In this document: one piece after another, positions 1 to 9,851 of the stretch
How positions within the stretch are numbered: position 1 is the first letter of the stretch
Layout of the letters: each line of letters begins with the position of its first letter
Source: an uncultured Coriobacteriia bacterium
GTDB lineage: Bacteria > Actinomycetota > Coriobacteriia > Coriobacteriales > QAMH01
Assembly: GCA_959608885.1 (NCBI GenBank)
Contig: CAUHSG010000001.1
Location: 76,112-140,111, forward strand
Length of the DNA: 64,000 bases
Direction: 5' to 3'
Notes under the pieces: generated by a model
What the model saw: only the letters and a program-made list of their open reading frames with translations
What the model was told of the DNA's origin: nothing
Databases searched by the model: none
Translations under genes and position numbers: made by a program

Positions 1-768
1 GGCACCGGGAACCTGGACGAGGAATGCGTCGTTGCCCTGTTGCTGGATAGTCGCCGCGGCGGCACCGGAGGCGTTGACGCGATTGGAGATGACGAGCTGC
101 GTCTGCTCCATCTGCTCGGCGGAAATGGGCGAGCCATCGGTCGTGGAGGCCTTGAGGTTCACCGAAACGCCGCCTTGGATGTCAAGACCCTGGGTGATCT
201 TGTCTTGCGGTGGATACAGTGCAATCGCCGAGGCGATGGCGAGAATGACGATGAGCACGAGGCATGCGAGGCTTTTGCTGTTGCGCTTTGCCTTTGAGGA
301 GGTGTTCTTCCTCTGCTTGGCGAGAGCCTGACGACGTTCGAGATCGGCATACTCGCGCTGACGACGCTTGCGCTCGACACTCGAGATGCCCGCGCTCTTC
401 TGCTGCTGATCGAGTTCGTCGATCTTGGCCTTGGAGCGTGCGGCTGCAGCCGCACGACGCTCAGAGCGCTTGCGCTGCTTTTCCATCTCACGCTTGCCGC
501 GCTCCTTGAGCTTTTCGGCTTCCTTGCGCTTCTTCTCCTGGTAGACGGGATCGTTTTCCTGGGCTTCTCGCTTGGCGCGCTCATCGGCGGCACGCTTGCG
601 TGTAGCCTCGGCTGCCTTACGATAGCGCTCGGCATCACGCTCCTGGCGCGCCTTGTCCTTCTCACGCTTCTTGGCGGCCTTCTCGCGCTCCCTCGCGCGC
701 CGTTCCTTCTCGATGTCTGATTCGGCCTTCCTACCCGAGCCGTTACCAGACGACTTGCGTTGCGCCAT
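1..768 (-). CDS. secD: Protein translocase subunit SecD, N-terminal part (the gene runs off the window start), with a ~165-aa K/R/E-rich N-terminal extension
   Basis: My own translation of the minus strand from ATG 768-766 is open to position 1. It is absent from the ORF track because it has no stop in the window. Sequence: MAQRKSSGNGSGRKAESDIEKERRAREREKAAKKREKDK...KSLACLVLIVILAIASAIALY (TM) PPQDKITQGLDIQGGVSVNLKA...QLVISNRVNASGAAAATIQQQGNDAFLVQVPGA. The LDxQGG and RVxxxG...QxQG...V.VPG blocks match the conserved start of the SecD periplasmic head. Confidence 0.7.
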   Translation of the reverse strand, partial: MAQRKSSGNGSGRKAESDIEKERRAREREKAAKKREKDKARQERDAERYRKAAEATRKRAADERAKREAQENDPVYQEKKRKEAEKLKERGKREMEKQRKRSERRAAAAARSKAKIDELDQQQKSAGISSVERKRRQREYADLERRQALAKQRKNTSSKAKRNSKSLACLVLIVILAIASAIALYPPQDKITQGLDIQGGVSVNLKASTTDGSPISAEQMEQTQLVISNRVNASGAAAATIQQQGNDAFLVQVPGA

Positions 769-864
769 TAAGAACTCCTGTACGTTGCTTGCAAGTTTCC
801 TCGGTTCACGTTTAGCGCAGGGCGCACGCGTATATCGCGCGGTACATGCGCATGACCTGTCATT

Positions 865-1482
865 CTACAACAGAGACTGCTGCTCGGCGAGTATGTTGCC
901 CAGAAAGCTGCGTCGATGGACGGCACACGGCCCTAGCGATTTGAGAGCGGCGATATGTGCCGCCGATCCGTAACCCTTGTTGCTCTCGAAACCGTAGGCG
1001 GGATGCTCATTGGCAAGATCGACCATCAGGTTGTCGCGAGTGACTTTGGCAACGATGCTTGCCGCGGCAATGCAGGCAAGCTTTCCATCACCCTTGACGA
1101 CGCAAATCTCGCGCTCGTGCACGTGAATGGGATTACCATCGATGAGTACGCCAGCGATATCTTCGACGTACCCACGTTTGACAAGGTCATGCTCGCATGC
1201 CGTAAGGGCTCGTTTCATCGCGACACGCAAGCTGGCGGCCATGCCACAGGCATCGATTTCGTCTGGCTCGACGCGTGCAATACCCACGCCAAGGGCCACC
1301 TCGTCAATCTGCTCCGCCAGCTCGGCACGACGCTTGGGCGAGAGCTTCTTGGAGTCATCGAGCCCGATGATTTGCGGATCGTCCGGCAGTGCCACGCAGG
1401 CAACCATGAGCGGACCGGCCAGCGCTCCCCTGCCGACCTCGTCGATGCCGACGACGATGCCCGTAGGCACAATCTCGCGCAT
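865..1482 (-). CDS. rnhB: Ribonuclease HII
   Basis: 205-aa ORF with an ATG start. Motifs GIDEVGRGALAGP, DDSKKLS, KGDGKLACIAAASIVAKV and GYGS are typical of RNase HII. Confidence 0.9.
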   Translation of the reverse strand: MREIVPTGIVVGIDEVGRGALAGPLMVACVALPDDPQIIGLDDSKKLSPKRRAELAEQIDEVALGVGIARVEPDEIDACGMAASLRVAMKRALTACEHDLVKRGYVEDIAGVLIDGNPIHVHEREICVVKGDGKLACIAAASIVAKVTRDNLMVDLANEHPAYGFESNKGYGSAAHIAALKSLGPCAVHRRSFLGNILAEQQSLL

Positions 1483-1547
1483 ATACGAATAGAGCTCCGC
1501 GGTATGTACCCTGCGGAGCTCTTCGCGTTCTTTCTTGGTTAGGCCGA

Positions 1548-1889
1548 TTAGAAGCCCTTTTCGCGCAGACGGGCGGCCTTGCCGACCTTGTCGCGCAGGT
1601 AGTAGAGCTTGGCGCGACGCACGGCACCATGGCGCACGACCTCGATCTTCTCGATCTTGGGGGAATGAACGGGGAAGGTACGCTCGACGCCCACGCCGAA
1701 GGAGACCTTGCGAACCGTGAAGGTCTCGCGGTTGGAGGAGCCGTGACGACGGATGACGTCGCCCTCGAACACCTGGATGCGCTCGCGGTTACCCTCTTTG
1801 ATGCGGTAGTGAACCTTTACATGGGAACCCGGGAAGAACTCGGGAATCTCCTTGATCTGCTGCTGCTCGATTGCGCGGATGTAGTCCAT
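1548..1889 (-). CDS. rplS: 50S ribosomal protein L19
   Basis: 113-aa ORF. The stretch [29 protein letters not shown]...FTVRK...[11 protein letters not shown] is the L19 signature. Confidence 0.95.
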   Translation of the reverse strand: MDYIRAIEQQQIKEIPEFFPGSHVKVHYRIKEGNRERIQVFEGDVIRRHGSSNRETFTVRKVSFGVGVERTFPVHSPKIEKIEVVRHGAVRRAKLYYLRDKVGKAARLREKGF

Positions 1890-2037
1890 TGTCTGATCCT
1901 TTTCCTATCGTGCCATTCGTTTCGCGTGCGGGCCTATCCCCACGGAGGAAACGACGCAAAAAGACAGGATACAGGAATGCGGAGTGCGGAGCAATGGTTT
2001 TTTGATCTTCGCTTGCCTGCGCGAGCGAGACAGCAGA

Positions 2038-4332
2038 CTAGAACAGATTATCCGGGTCGACGTCGACGGCGATGCGCACCTCGGCATTTGGCTTGCGCGC
2101 CTTGAGGACGGGCTCTATGACGGCAGAGACATCGGCACAGATGGGTGCCTTGATGAGCGTATGCCAACGATACAGGCCGCGCAGACGTGAAAGCAGGCAC
2201 GGAGCCGGACCGAGCACCTCCCACTCATGGCCTGCCGAAATCATGGACGAGTTGATGGCGAGCGTGACCTCGATGATGGCCTGACGCACCGCTTCCTCGT
2301 CGTTACCCCAGGCAAGCACGTTCACGAGGCGCACGTAAGGCGGATAGCCAAGCTCGTCACGCACGGGAAGCTCGGTTTCGAGAAAGAGCCCTCGATCGTG
2401 GGCAGCTGCCGCACGTATGGCGGGATGCTCGGGCCAATAGGTCTGTACGATGACGCGTCCGGGTTTGTCGGCACGGCCAGCTCGACCGCTCACCTGCTCG
2501 AGTAGTTGGAAGGTGCGCTCGGGTGCGCGAAAGTCGGGGAGCTTGAGCGTCGTATCCGCGTTGATGACGCCAACGAGCGTGACATCGGGAAAGTCGAGCC
2601 CCTTCGCGATCATCTGCGTGCCGAGCAAGATGCCGCCGTGAGCCGAGGAGAACTCCTCGAGCAGCCGTTCGTGCGAGCCCTTCTTTCTCGTCGTGTCTGC
2701 ATCCATGCGGATGATGGGCATGTCAGCAGGCACGATCTGGCGAAGCTCGGCCTCCACGCGCTCGGTCCCCGCACCGAACTTGCGCAGATAGGGGCTGCCG
2801 CACCGGGGACAGGTGGCGGGCATGGGCTCGACATGGTCGCAATGGTGGCAGACGAGCTCGCCTGTCACATCGTGGAAGGTGAGCGATGTCGAGCAATGCG
2901 GGCATTCGGGCACGAAACCGCATTCGCGGCATAGCACAAATGAGGCAAATCCACGTCTGTTGAGCAGGAGCACGGCCTTCTCGCCACGCTCGTGAACGCC
3001 GAGCAGCGCATCGACGAGCGCCCGGGAGAACATGGAGCGCGAACCACCCTTGAACTCGGCAGCCATGTCGACGATCTGCACGTCGGGCAAGGGCTGGCCG
3101 CTCGGGCGCTCGGGAAGCATGACGTGTTGCCAGGCGCGCTCGCCGAATACACCACCCTCACACGACGCGAGCGTGTCGATACTCGGCGTCGCCGAGCCCA
3201 GCACGAGCGTCGCGCCGCGCATGCGCGTCATCTCGTATGCCACGGCGCGGGCGTCGTAGCGTGGCGTGCCGTCCTGCTTGTAGGACGAATCGTGTTCCTC
3301 GTCGATGATGACGAGTCCCAGGTCCTGCACGGGAGCGAACAGCGCGCTACGGGTGCCAACCACGACATGCGCCTTACCCTGTCGCACGAGGTCCCACTGG
3401 TCGAAGCGCTCGCCTGTCGAAAGACGCGAATGCAACACGGCAACGCCATCGCCGAAGCGCGACCTGAAGCGTCCGACCGTCTGGGGTGTGAGCGAGATTT
3501 CGGGAACGAGCACGATGGCGGATTTACCCGCCTCCAATACTCGTGCGATGGAGCGCAAGTAGACCTCGGTCTTGCCCGAACCGGTGATGCCATCCACCAC
3601 CACGACGTTGGATGCGGACTCACCTGCCAACGTCGCGCAAATCGTGTCGAGCGCGATTTGCTGGCTGCTCGTGAGGTGCGAGACGCTCGAGCATGCACCC
3701 GTGATCGTTGGCATGGCCTCGCGTATGCGCCTGCGATGCTCGATGCGGATGACGCCGCGTTTCTCGAGGGCAGCCAGCACGGGACTGATGTTTCCGAGAA
3801 TCGCGCTGAGCTCGGCGACACGCATGCCACCGCACGAGAGTGCCTCGAGAAGGCGTTGCTGCTTGACGGCGTTCTTGGCAGGCGCGAAGCCTGCGGCCGC
3901 CTCGGTCGGAATGACCCAGCGATCATCCACCGGGCCAACGCCGGAAAACACGAGCTCCCAGCTCCCGTCGACACGCTTGACTTTGGGCGATCCGCCCGGC
4001 GGCGTGAACAACCGCAGGGCATCGGGCAAGGTGCACAGGTACTCGTATGCGATCCAGGCAGCAAGCCGTGCGGAAATCCTGTCGAAATACGGCTCGGAGA
4101 GCACGCCGAGCAAAGGCTTGAGTTTGGAGAGTTCGCAGATGGACTCCTCGATCTCACCCTCGTCCATCTCGAGCATGTCGATGACATAGCCCACAGCCGG
4201 ACGATTGGCAAAATCGACGCTTACGGCGCATCCCATCCGCACGCTTGCCGCGAGCTCGGGCGAGACGAGGTAGAAGAAGGGCCTATCGACCGCCCGCGCA
4301 CTTACATCGACTATGACCGATGCGACGAGCAT
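2038..4332 (-). CDS. priA: Primosomal protein N' (replication restart helicase PriA)
   Basis: 764-aa ORF with Walker A GITGSGKTEVY, DEEHD box, a Cys-rich zinc-binding insert (CRECGFVPECPHCSTSLTFH...CHHCDH...CPRCGS) and helicase C-terminal motifs. Confidence 0.9.
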   Translation of the reverse strand: MLVASVIVDVSARAVDRPFFYLVSPELAASVRMGCAVSVDFANRPAVGYVIDMLEMDEGEIEESICELSKLKPLLGVLSEPYFDRISARLAAWIAYEYLCTLPDALRLFTPPGGSPKVKRVDGSWELVFSGVGPVDDRWVIPTEAAAGFAPAKNAVKQQRLLEALSCGGMRVAELSAILGNISPVLAALEKRGVIRIEHRRRIREAMPTITGACSSVSHLTSSQQIALDTICATLAGESASNVVVVDGITGSGKTEVYLRSIARVLEAGKSAIVLVPEISLTPQTVGRFRSRFGDGVAVLHSRLSTGERFDQWDLVRQGKAHVVVGTRSALFAPVQDLGLVIIDEEHDSSYKQDGTPRYDARAVAYEMTRMRGATLVLGSATPSIDTLASCEGGVFGERAWQHVMLPERPSGQPLPDVQIVDMAAEFKGGSRSMFSRALVDALLGVHERGEKAVLLLNRRGFASFVLCRECGFVPECPHCSTSLTFHDVTGELVCHHCDHVEPMPATCPRCGSPYLRKFGAGTERVEAELRQIVPADMPIIRMDADTTRKKGSHERLLEEFSSAHGGILLGTQMIAKGLDFPDVTLVGVINADTTLKLPDFRAPERTFQLLEQVSGRAGRADKPGRVIVQTYWPEHPAIRAAAAHDRGLFLETELPVRDELGYPPYVRLVNVLAWGNDEEAVRQAIIEVTLAINSSMISAGHEWEVLGPAPCLLSRLRGLYRWHTLIKAPICADVSAVIEPVLKARKPNAEVRIAVDVDPDNLF

Positions 4333-4340
4333 GCAGCCCG

Positions 4341-5585
4341 CTAGTCAAGGCCGCATGCGGCCCTGAGCTCATCGACGCGATCGGTCTGCTCCCAGGGGAA
4401 CTCGGCGCGGCCGAAATGGCCGTATGCGGCGGTCTGGCGATAGATGGGGCGCTGTAGGTCGAGGTCACGCAGAATCGCACCGGGACGCAGGTCGAAGACC
4501 TGCTCGACCGCCCTCTCGATAAGATCGGCATCGACATGCTCGGTGCCGAAGGTCTCGACCATGAGGCTCAAAGGGCGCGCAACGCCGATGGCATAGGCGA
4601 CCTGCACCTCGCACTTGTCCGCAAGGCCTGCCGCGACGACGTTCTTGGCAACCCAGCGCGCCGCATAGGCACCGCTGCGGTCGACCTTCGTGGGATCTTT
4701 GCCCGAAAACGCGCCGCCGCCATGACGACCCATGCCGCCATAGGTGTCGACGATGATCTTGCGTCCGGTGAGGCCGGCGTCGCCCATCGGGCCACCGATG
4801 ACGAAGCGCCCCGTGGGATTCACGTAAATCTCGGCTTCCTCGTACGCGATACCCTCCTCGTCGAACACAGGCTTGATGACGTGCTCAACCATATCGGCAT
4901 AGATCTGCTTCTGCTCGACATCATCGGAATGCTGCGTGGAAATGAGGATCTTCTCGACGGCAACGGGCTTGTCGTCGATATAGCGCACGGACACCTGTGT
5001 CTTGCCGTCCGGGCGCAGGTATTCGAGCGTGCCATCCTTGCGCACCTTGGTGAGGCGCTCGGACAGACGATGAGCGAGATAGATGGGCATGGGCATGAGC
5101 TGAGAGGTCTCGTCGCAGGCAAAGCCGAACATCATGCCCTGGTCGCCGGCACCGAAAATGTCGAGCTCATCGGCACCGTCTTCCTTGAACTCCGAGCTTG
5201 TGTCAACGCCCTGGGCGATATCGGGGCTCTGCTCGTGAATCGCGTTGATGACGCCACAGGTGTTGCCATCGAAACCGAACTTGGCACGCGTGTAGCCAAT
5301 CTCGCGAATGGTGTCGCGCACGATGCGATCGACGTCGATGTAGGCCTGTGTGCGAATCTCGCCCGTGACCATGACCAGACCCGTGCTCGTGATCGTTTCG
5401 CAAGCTACGCGCGCGTTCTTCGGGTCGGCGGGCATGCCGTTGGGAGCGATGTAGCCCGCCTCGGCAAGCTGGATTTCCTTGGCAAGCACCGCATCGAGGA
5501 TGGCGTCGGAAATCTGATCGCAGATTTTATCGGGATGGCCCTCGGTCACGGATTCCGAAGTGAAGAGGTACGATTTCTTGCTCAT
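4341..5585 (-). CDS. metK: S-adenosylmethionine synthase
   Basis: The track ORF starts at TTG 5594. I prefer ATG 5585-5583 ([20 protein letters not shown]), which sits 9 nt after a GGAG. The GHPDK, GAGDQG and GGGAFSGKD motifs are present. Confidence 0.95.
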   Translation of the reverse strand: MSKKSYLFTSESVTEGHPDKICDQISDAILDAVLAKEIQLAEAGYIAPNGMPADPKNARVACETITSTGLVMVTGEIRTQAYIDVDRIVRDTIREIGYTRAKFGFDGNTCGVINAIHEQSPDIAQGVDTSSEFKEDGADELDIFGAGDQGMMFGFACDETSQLMPMPIYLAHRLSERLTKVRKDGTLEYLRPDGKTQVSVRYIDDKPVAVEKILISTQHSDDVEQKQIYADMVEHVIKPVFDEEGIAYEEAEIYVNPTGRFVIGGPMGDAGLTGRKIIVDTYGGMGRHGGGAFSGKDPTKVDRSGAYAARWVAKNVVAAGLADKCEVQVAYAIGVARPLSLMVETFGTEHVDADLIERAVEQVFDLRPGAILRDLDLQRPIYRQTAAYGHFGRAEFPWEQTDRVDELRAACGLD

Positions 5586-5723
5586 TACCGGCAACTCCTA
5601 GCAAAACGACCGCACGCGGTTTCAAACATATACGCGATAGGGTATCACAACGTTACTCCGGAACGGATAATGCCACCGAGTTGAAACACTCCATCTGACA
5701 AGCCTTCGCTTGCATGTCCCGAA

Positions 5724-5758
5724 TCGAACGGGTATTCTGTTTTCGAACATTTGTTTGT
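5724..5758 (+). promoter_or_regulatory. Two LexA (SOS-box)-like half-conserved sites upstream of ruvC
   Basis: TCGAAC-GGGT-ATTCTG lies at 5724-5739 and TCGAAC-ATTT-GTTTGT at 5743-5758. The left half-sites match the Gram-positive/actinobacterial SOS box TCGAAC-N4-GTTCGA perfectly; the right halves keep only the TT core. They lie 16-50 nt before the preferred ruvC start. Confidence 0.3.
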
Positions 5759-5773
5759 GTCGAAGGAACGCAG

Positions 5774-6307
5774 ATGGAATCGCAGATCATCATGGGCATA
5801 GATCCAGGCCTAGCAAACACCGGCTGGGGCATCATACGCTGCCGCGGCATGCACTTCGACCCCGTTGCCTACGGATGCATCACCACTACGAAGAACCACA
5901 GCCTCCCCATGCGCCTGGCCATCATCCACGATAACCTTCTCGAGATCATCGACCGCTACCTCCCCGCAGAACTTTCGGTCGAGGGCATCTATTTCGGCAA
6001 TAACGCGAAGTCGGCCATTCCCACGGCACAGGCGCGCGGCGCCGCACTCGTGGCCTGCGCCTACAAGGGGCTCGAATACGGCGAATATACCCCCATGCAA
6101 ATCAAGCAGGCGCTCGTGGGCACTGGCTCTGCAGACAAGCGGCAGGTTCAATACATGGTACGCGCGGTGCTCAAGCTCGACCACGACCCGCGCCCCGACC
6201 ACGCCGCAGATGCCCTGGCCGCCGCCATTACGCATGCGCGCCTGCGCACGGCGCGGGCCATCGAACAGCAAGCCAGGCAGCGCTCGTGGCAAGAGGAGCC
6301 AAGTTGA
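5774..6307 (+). CDS. ruvC: Crossover junction endodeoxyribonuclease RuvC
   Basis: The track ORF begins at 5714. I prefer ATG 5774 (MESQIIMGIDPGLANTGWGII), which is preceded by GAAGGAA. The RuvC catalytic N-terminus and the ...DAADALAAAITH C-terminal motif are present. Confidence 0.9.
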   Translation: MESQIIMGIDPGLANTGWGIIRCRGMHFDPVAYGCITTTKNHSLPMRLAIIHDNLLEIIDRYLPAELSVEGIYFGNNAKSAIPTAQARGAALVACAYKGLEYGEYTPMQIKQALVGTGSADKRQVQYMVRAVLKLDHDPRPDHAADALAAAITHARLRTARAIEQQARQRSWQEEPS

Positions 6308-6888
6308 TCGCTTTCATCAAGGGCATAGTCGCCTACAAGGATGCAGAGGGCGCCATTATCGAGACCGGCGGTATCGGTTACGAGCTCGCCATGTCCGTCC
6401 ATGCGCTCGCATCGCTTCCCGCCTGCGGCGAACCCGCCCAGGTCTGGACCTACCTCGCGGTCAAGGAGGATGATATATCCCTCTTCGGCTTTTCGGAGCC
6501 TGCCGAGCGCGAGCTCTTCGAGAAGCTCATTGCCGTGAGCGGTATCGGGCCGAAGATGGCGATCTCGGCGCTCTCCACTTTCAAGCCCGCCGACTTCGTC
6601 GCGGCCATCGCCGCGGGAGATGTCACCGCCATCTCGACCATTCCCGGCGTCGGCAAGAAAATTGCCCAGCGCATGATCCTCGAGTTGCAAGGCGTGCTCA
6701 AGACGAGCGAGAGCATCGACACGCTCACCGCCATCGAAGGCAATCGCTCGATGCAAGATGCCGCAAGTGCGCTCGAGAGCATGGGATTTAGCGCCGATGA
6801 AGTATCGATCGCCCTCAAGGGCTGCACCGAAACCGAGACGAGCGCCATCATCCGCTATGCGCTCAAGCACGTGGGAGGTGCGGCATGA
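6304..6888 (+). CDS. ruvA: Holliday junction DNA helicase subunit RuvA
   Basis: The track ORF starts at GTG 6286. TTG 6304 gives the canonical (M)IAFIKG N-terminus, sits 5 nt after GAGGAG, and overlaps the ruvC stop. The HhH region [11 protein letters not shown]...[16 protein letters not shown] is present. Confidence 0.9.
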   Translation: MIAFIKGIVAYKDAEGAIIETGGIGYELAMSVHALASLPACGEPAQVWTYLAVKEDDISLFGFSEPAERELFEKLIAVSGIGPKMAISALSTFKPADFVAAIAAGDVTAISTIPGVGKKIAQRMILELQGVLKTSESIDTLTAIEGNRSMQDAASALESMGFSADEVSIALKGCTETETSAIIRYALKHVGGAA

Positions 6889-7913
6889 TCTGGGAGGCCC
6901 CCGGCTTCGAAGAGGCCCAGCGCATCGTGGATACGCGCGAGCAACCCGAGGATACGCGCGCGGAGCAGAGTCTGCGTCCCAAGTCGCTCGACGATTACCT
7001 TGGTCAAGGCCGCATCAAGGACAACCTCTCCGTGCTCATAGAGGCCGCACGCTTGCGCGGCGAGGCACTCGACCACCTGCTCTTCTCAGGCCCTCCGGGC
7101 CTGGGCAAGACGACGCTTGCCAGCGTCGTGGCAAACGAGATGGGCGTGAGCATCCGCACCACATCCGGCCCGGCCATCGACCGCGCGGGCGACCTTGCCG
7201 CCATCCTCACTAACCTCGAGGAAGGCGACATCCTCTTCATCGATGAGATTCATCGCCTCAACCGCGCTGTCGAGGAAGTGCTCTACCCCGCCATGGAGGA
7301 TTACGCCATCGACATCGTCATCGGCCAAGGCCCTGCGGCGCGCTCCATACGCCTCGACATTCCCCGCTTCACGCTCGTCGCCGCCACCACGCGCACGGGC
7401 ATGCTCACCGGTCCGTTGCGCGACCGCTTTGGCGCAGCATTTCACATGGACTACTACTCGCATGACGAGCTCAAGGACATCGTCATTCGCTCGGCCAGCA
7501 TACTCGGCATTGACATTGACGATGCGGGCGCCTTCGAAATCGCATCACGATCCCGTGCCACGCCACGTCTGGCAAACCGTCTGCTCAAGCGCGTGCGCGA
7601 CTTCTCGCAAGTGCGCTGCGGTGGTTTCATCGACACGAATGTCGCGCGCGAGGCACTCGCCTTCTTCGAAGTCGACGAGCTCGGCCTCGACCCCATGGAC
7701 AATCGCATACTCGACATGCTCGTAAACATCTTCGAAGGCCGTCCCGTCGGCCTCTCTGCGCTGGCAAGCGCGCTCGGCGAGGAGCCCGATTCCATCGAGG
7801 ACGTCTACGAGCCCTTCCTGCTCAAGCAGGGCCTCGTCAACCGCACGCCCAAGGGACGCCAGGCCACCCGCAAGGCCTTCGAGCATCTGGGAAGACCATA
7901 CCCGACTAAATAG
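6885..7913 (+). CDS. ruvB: Holliday junction DNA helicase RuvB
   Basis: 342-aa ORF with [12 protein letters not shown], Walker [16 protein letters not shown] and RTPRGR-like C-terminus. ATGA overlap with ruvA. Confidence 0.95.
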   Translation: MIWEAPGFEEAQRIVDTREQPEDTRAEQSLRPKSLDDYLGQGRIKDNLSVLIEAARLRGEALDHLLFSGPPGLGKTTLASVVANEMGVSIRTTSGPAIDRAGDLAAILTNLEEGDILFIDEIHRLNRAVEEVLYPAMEDYAIDIVIGQGPAARSIRLDIPRFTLVAATTRTGMLTGPLRDRFGAAFHMDYYSHDELKDIVIRSASILGIDIDDAGAFEIASRSRATPRLANRLLKRVRDFSQVRCGGFIDTNVAREALAFFEVDELGLDPMDNRILDMLVNIFEGRPVGLSALASALGEEPDSIEDVYEPFLLKQGLVNRTPKGRQATRKAFEHLGRPYPTK

Positions 7914-8106
7914 CTGCGTCATATTAATCGGATGTAGTTAGTTAAAACACTTAATTTCTGGAAAGCGCTGTCAAATCTAAGAGTGGTTAGACACAGGTAA
8001 GGGTATCGTTATTGGCACCAAACAGCGTTCGCAGTTATTATTCAGACACGCTTTTCTGCCTATATCCCTAAATTGACATGTATCAATTCAATCACGCCAG
8101 ATCCAT

Positions 8107-8232
8107 AATTGGACCCAAAACGGGGTTCATAAGCCGAGGAAACCAAAAAATCAGGAGCGAAAATCAACTCCTGACCTCGGCATTCAAATGGCGGGATGTA
8201 CGAGACTTGAACTCGCGACCTCCGACGTGACA
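8107..8232 (-). repeat. Direct repeat copy A: tRNA-Asp(GTC)-like 3' half, hairpin terminator and ~40 nt of downstream sequence
   Basis: The minus strand reads CTGTCAC-GTCGG-AGGTC-GCGAG-TTCAAGT-CTCGT-ACATCCC-G-CCA, which corresponds to anticodon loop, stem 3' strand, variable loop, T arm, acceptor 3' strand and CCA. This is followed by the hairpin TCAGGAG-N10-CTCCTGA plus a T-run. It is about 94 percent identical to 9771-9851 over the conserved 82 nt. No matching 5' acceptor strand (GGGATGT) lies upstream. Confidence 0.7.
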
Positions 8233-8553
8233 GATCCCAGGTTAGAATCGTCACTCACCATCGACTTATCAGTGCTCCAGCTTCTATAGTTATTAAGATC
8301 TATAGCTGATAGTGCCTCAGTTTTATATCTCTGAACTGGGAGTTCTTAAAGGCATTTTACAATCCACTCTTCCGTATTTGCGCAAATAGAAGATGAAAAC
8401 GGACTAACTTCTTATGTCGAGCATCTCGATCGCTTGATGTCGTTAGATGCCTTTAGGAGTAAATAGCTGTCTCCACATTAGCCCCATTTTTAGCCCCAAA
8501 ATCAAAATGATGCTAGACCAAAAAATCAAACCGATGGAGTGTATCCTCCTTCC

Positions 8554-9147
8554 CTAGATGCTGCTCAAGCCGCCCATAATTAACTTGCAAACGCGAAGTT
8601 GTGCTTCGTAAAAAGAATCCGTCCCATCATTCAGCAAACACCTACGATACATCCACAGCATTCCGGCAAGAACAAAATCAGCTACAAGTGCTATCTCGTC
8701 TCCAAAGCGCGAGGGATCCCCCAAAAGCCCTTTTTCAACATATGATGTAAAGGGCTTTGAGAGAAGCGATAGCTGCTCCTCTTGCGTCATGTATCGATTT
8801 CTCTTTCTGCTGCCCAACGCTTGTAACTCAATCAACTCGCGTACATTGCCCAAGAAGAGCATCAATCGGATCTCTGTTTCCTCGTTTGGAGAATACTCAG
8901 CATCTGATTCGGCGATAGATTGCCAATCCAGTTCTGTTTTCTCCGAAACCTCCTTTACCACCGAATCAAGAAATGCTTGATAGGCATCAAGCACGGTTGG
9001 AAAATGATCGTAGAAGGTCTTTCTCGTAATATTTGCCTCTTCCGCGACAGCTGATACGGTTATTTGGGAGATAGACATTCGTTCGCTGATGTTCTGCAAT
9101 GCTTGGAATATTGCTTGATTCGTCTTTAGTACTCTTCTATCGATCAT
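8554..9147 (-). CDS. TetR/AcrR family transcriptional regulator
   Basis: 197-aa ORF with an ATG start, in AT-rich DNA. The N-terminal HTH ISQITVSAVAEEANITRKTFYDHF is the TetR_N signature. Confidence 0.85.
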   Translation of the reverse strand: MIDRRVLKTNQAIFQALQNISERMSISQITVSAVAEEANITRKTFYDHFPTVLDAYQAFLDSVVKEVSEKTELDWQSIAESDAEYSPNEETEIRLMLFLGNVRELIELQALGSRKRNRYMTQEEQLSLLSKPFTSYVEKGLLGDPSRFGDEIALVADFVLAGMLWMYRRCLLNDGTDSFYEAQLRVCKLIMGGLSSI

Positions 9148-9283
9148 AGATTCAAATTCCTATGCATTAACAAACAATCTGTATATTAATAATCATATTG
9201 TAGGCTTTTGGATTTCATTTTTATAGTAATCAAGACTACTTTCTTAATAGCTCGTAAACGATTACTGAATAAAGGGGATTCAA

Positions 9284-9553
9284 ATGAAATGCTCGGTACC
9301 GAATAACAAGTTGGATGATTCCTTTGAGGGTCTCATGGAGGCTTTTGAGTCGCAGAACTATTGGGTACGATTCTTTATGCGCCCATGCTGCCCTCCTCCC
9401 GGAGAAGCTAGTGCGCATAATCAGATAGATCACCTTAAAGCTGATATCAGCATGAGAACTGATCTTTCCGAGGAACAAAAGAACAGCCTTATGACTGTAG
9501 CCGACGAGAGACTAGCGTGGTATCTAACGCTCCCAGTTCGTCATACGGCATAA
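9284..9553 (+). CDS. Hypothetical 89-aa protein, divergent from the TetR gene
   Basis: ATG preceded by AAGGGG with a 7-8 nt spacing. I recognise no domain. An 80-aa antisense ORF (9236..9478) overlaps it, so coding status is uncertain. Confidence 0.3.
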   Translation: MKCSVPNNKLDDSFEGLMEAFESQNYWVRFFMRPCCPPPGEASAHNQIDHLKADISMRTDLSEEQKNSLMTVADERLAWYLTLPVRHTA

Positions 9554-9724
9554 CAAGCACGGAATAACTTTCTGAGATCTCAAAGCAAGATATCTCACTC
9601 TGACAACCTCCGTTAAGTCTTGTCGGAGATATCACCTATTCATATGCCATTAGGCGTCGATACGTGGAAATAGATGTACTTCAGAGCACTCCGAGGGGAT
9701 AGATTCCGATCATATTGGCCTCAA

Positions 9725-9851
9725 AATTGGACCCAAAACGCAACTTCGGGAGTCCAAGAAACGAAAAAGGTCAGGAGCGAAAACGACTCCTGACCTCGGC
9801 ATTCAAATGGCGGGATGTACGAGACTTGAACTCGCGACCTCCGGCGTGACA
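9725..9851 (-). repeat. Direct repeat copy B: tRNA-Asp(GTC)-like 3' half, hairpin terminator and downstream sequence
   Basis: Same architecture as copy A, 1618 bp to its right, in the same orientation. The anticodon loop reads TTGTCAC. Confidence 0.7.

Noticed and set aside
2992-5684. Long plus-strand ORFs 2992..4344 (450 aa) and 4536..5684 (382 aa)
   Set aside because: They lie antisense to priA and metK, which have unmistakable motifs. Their products are Arg/Ala/Gly/Asp-rich with no domain signatures. They are the typical shadow ORFs of GC-rich DNA.
5586-5713. SAM riboswitch in the metK leader
   Set aside because: The leader is long enough. However, I could not find the conserved cores of the SAM-I, SAM-IV or SAM-VI classes by eye. 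A cmsearch against Rfam would be needed before making any claim.
8060-8254. ORFs 8060..8254(-) and 9807..10088(+)
   Set aside because: Both are built on the tRNA-like/terminator repeat and AT-rich non-coding DNA, with no RBS or domain.
8189-8265. Copy A as a functional tRNA gene
   Set aside because: Only the 3' portion (anticodon loop to CCA) is tRNA-like. The upstream 30 nt cannot supply a D arm or the GGGATGT acceptor strand. The GGTTAGAAT string nearby is on the opposite strand.
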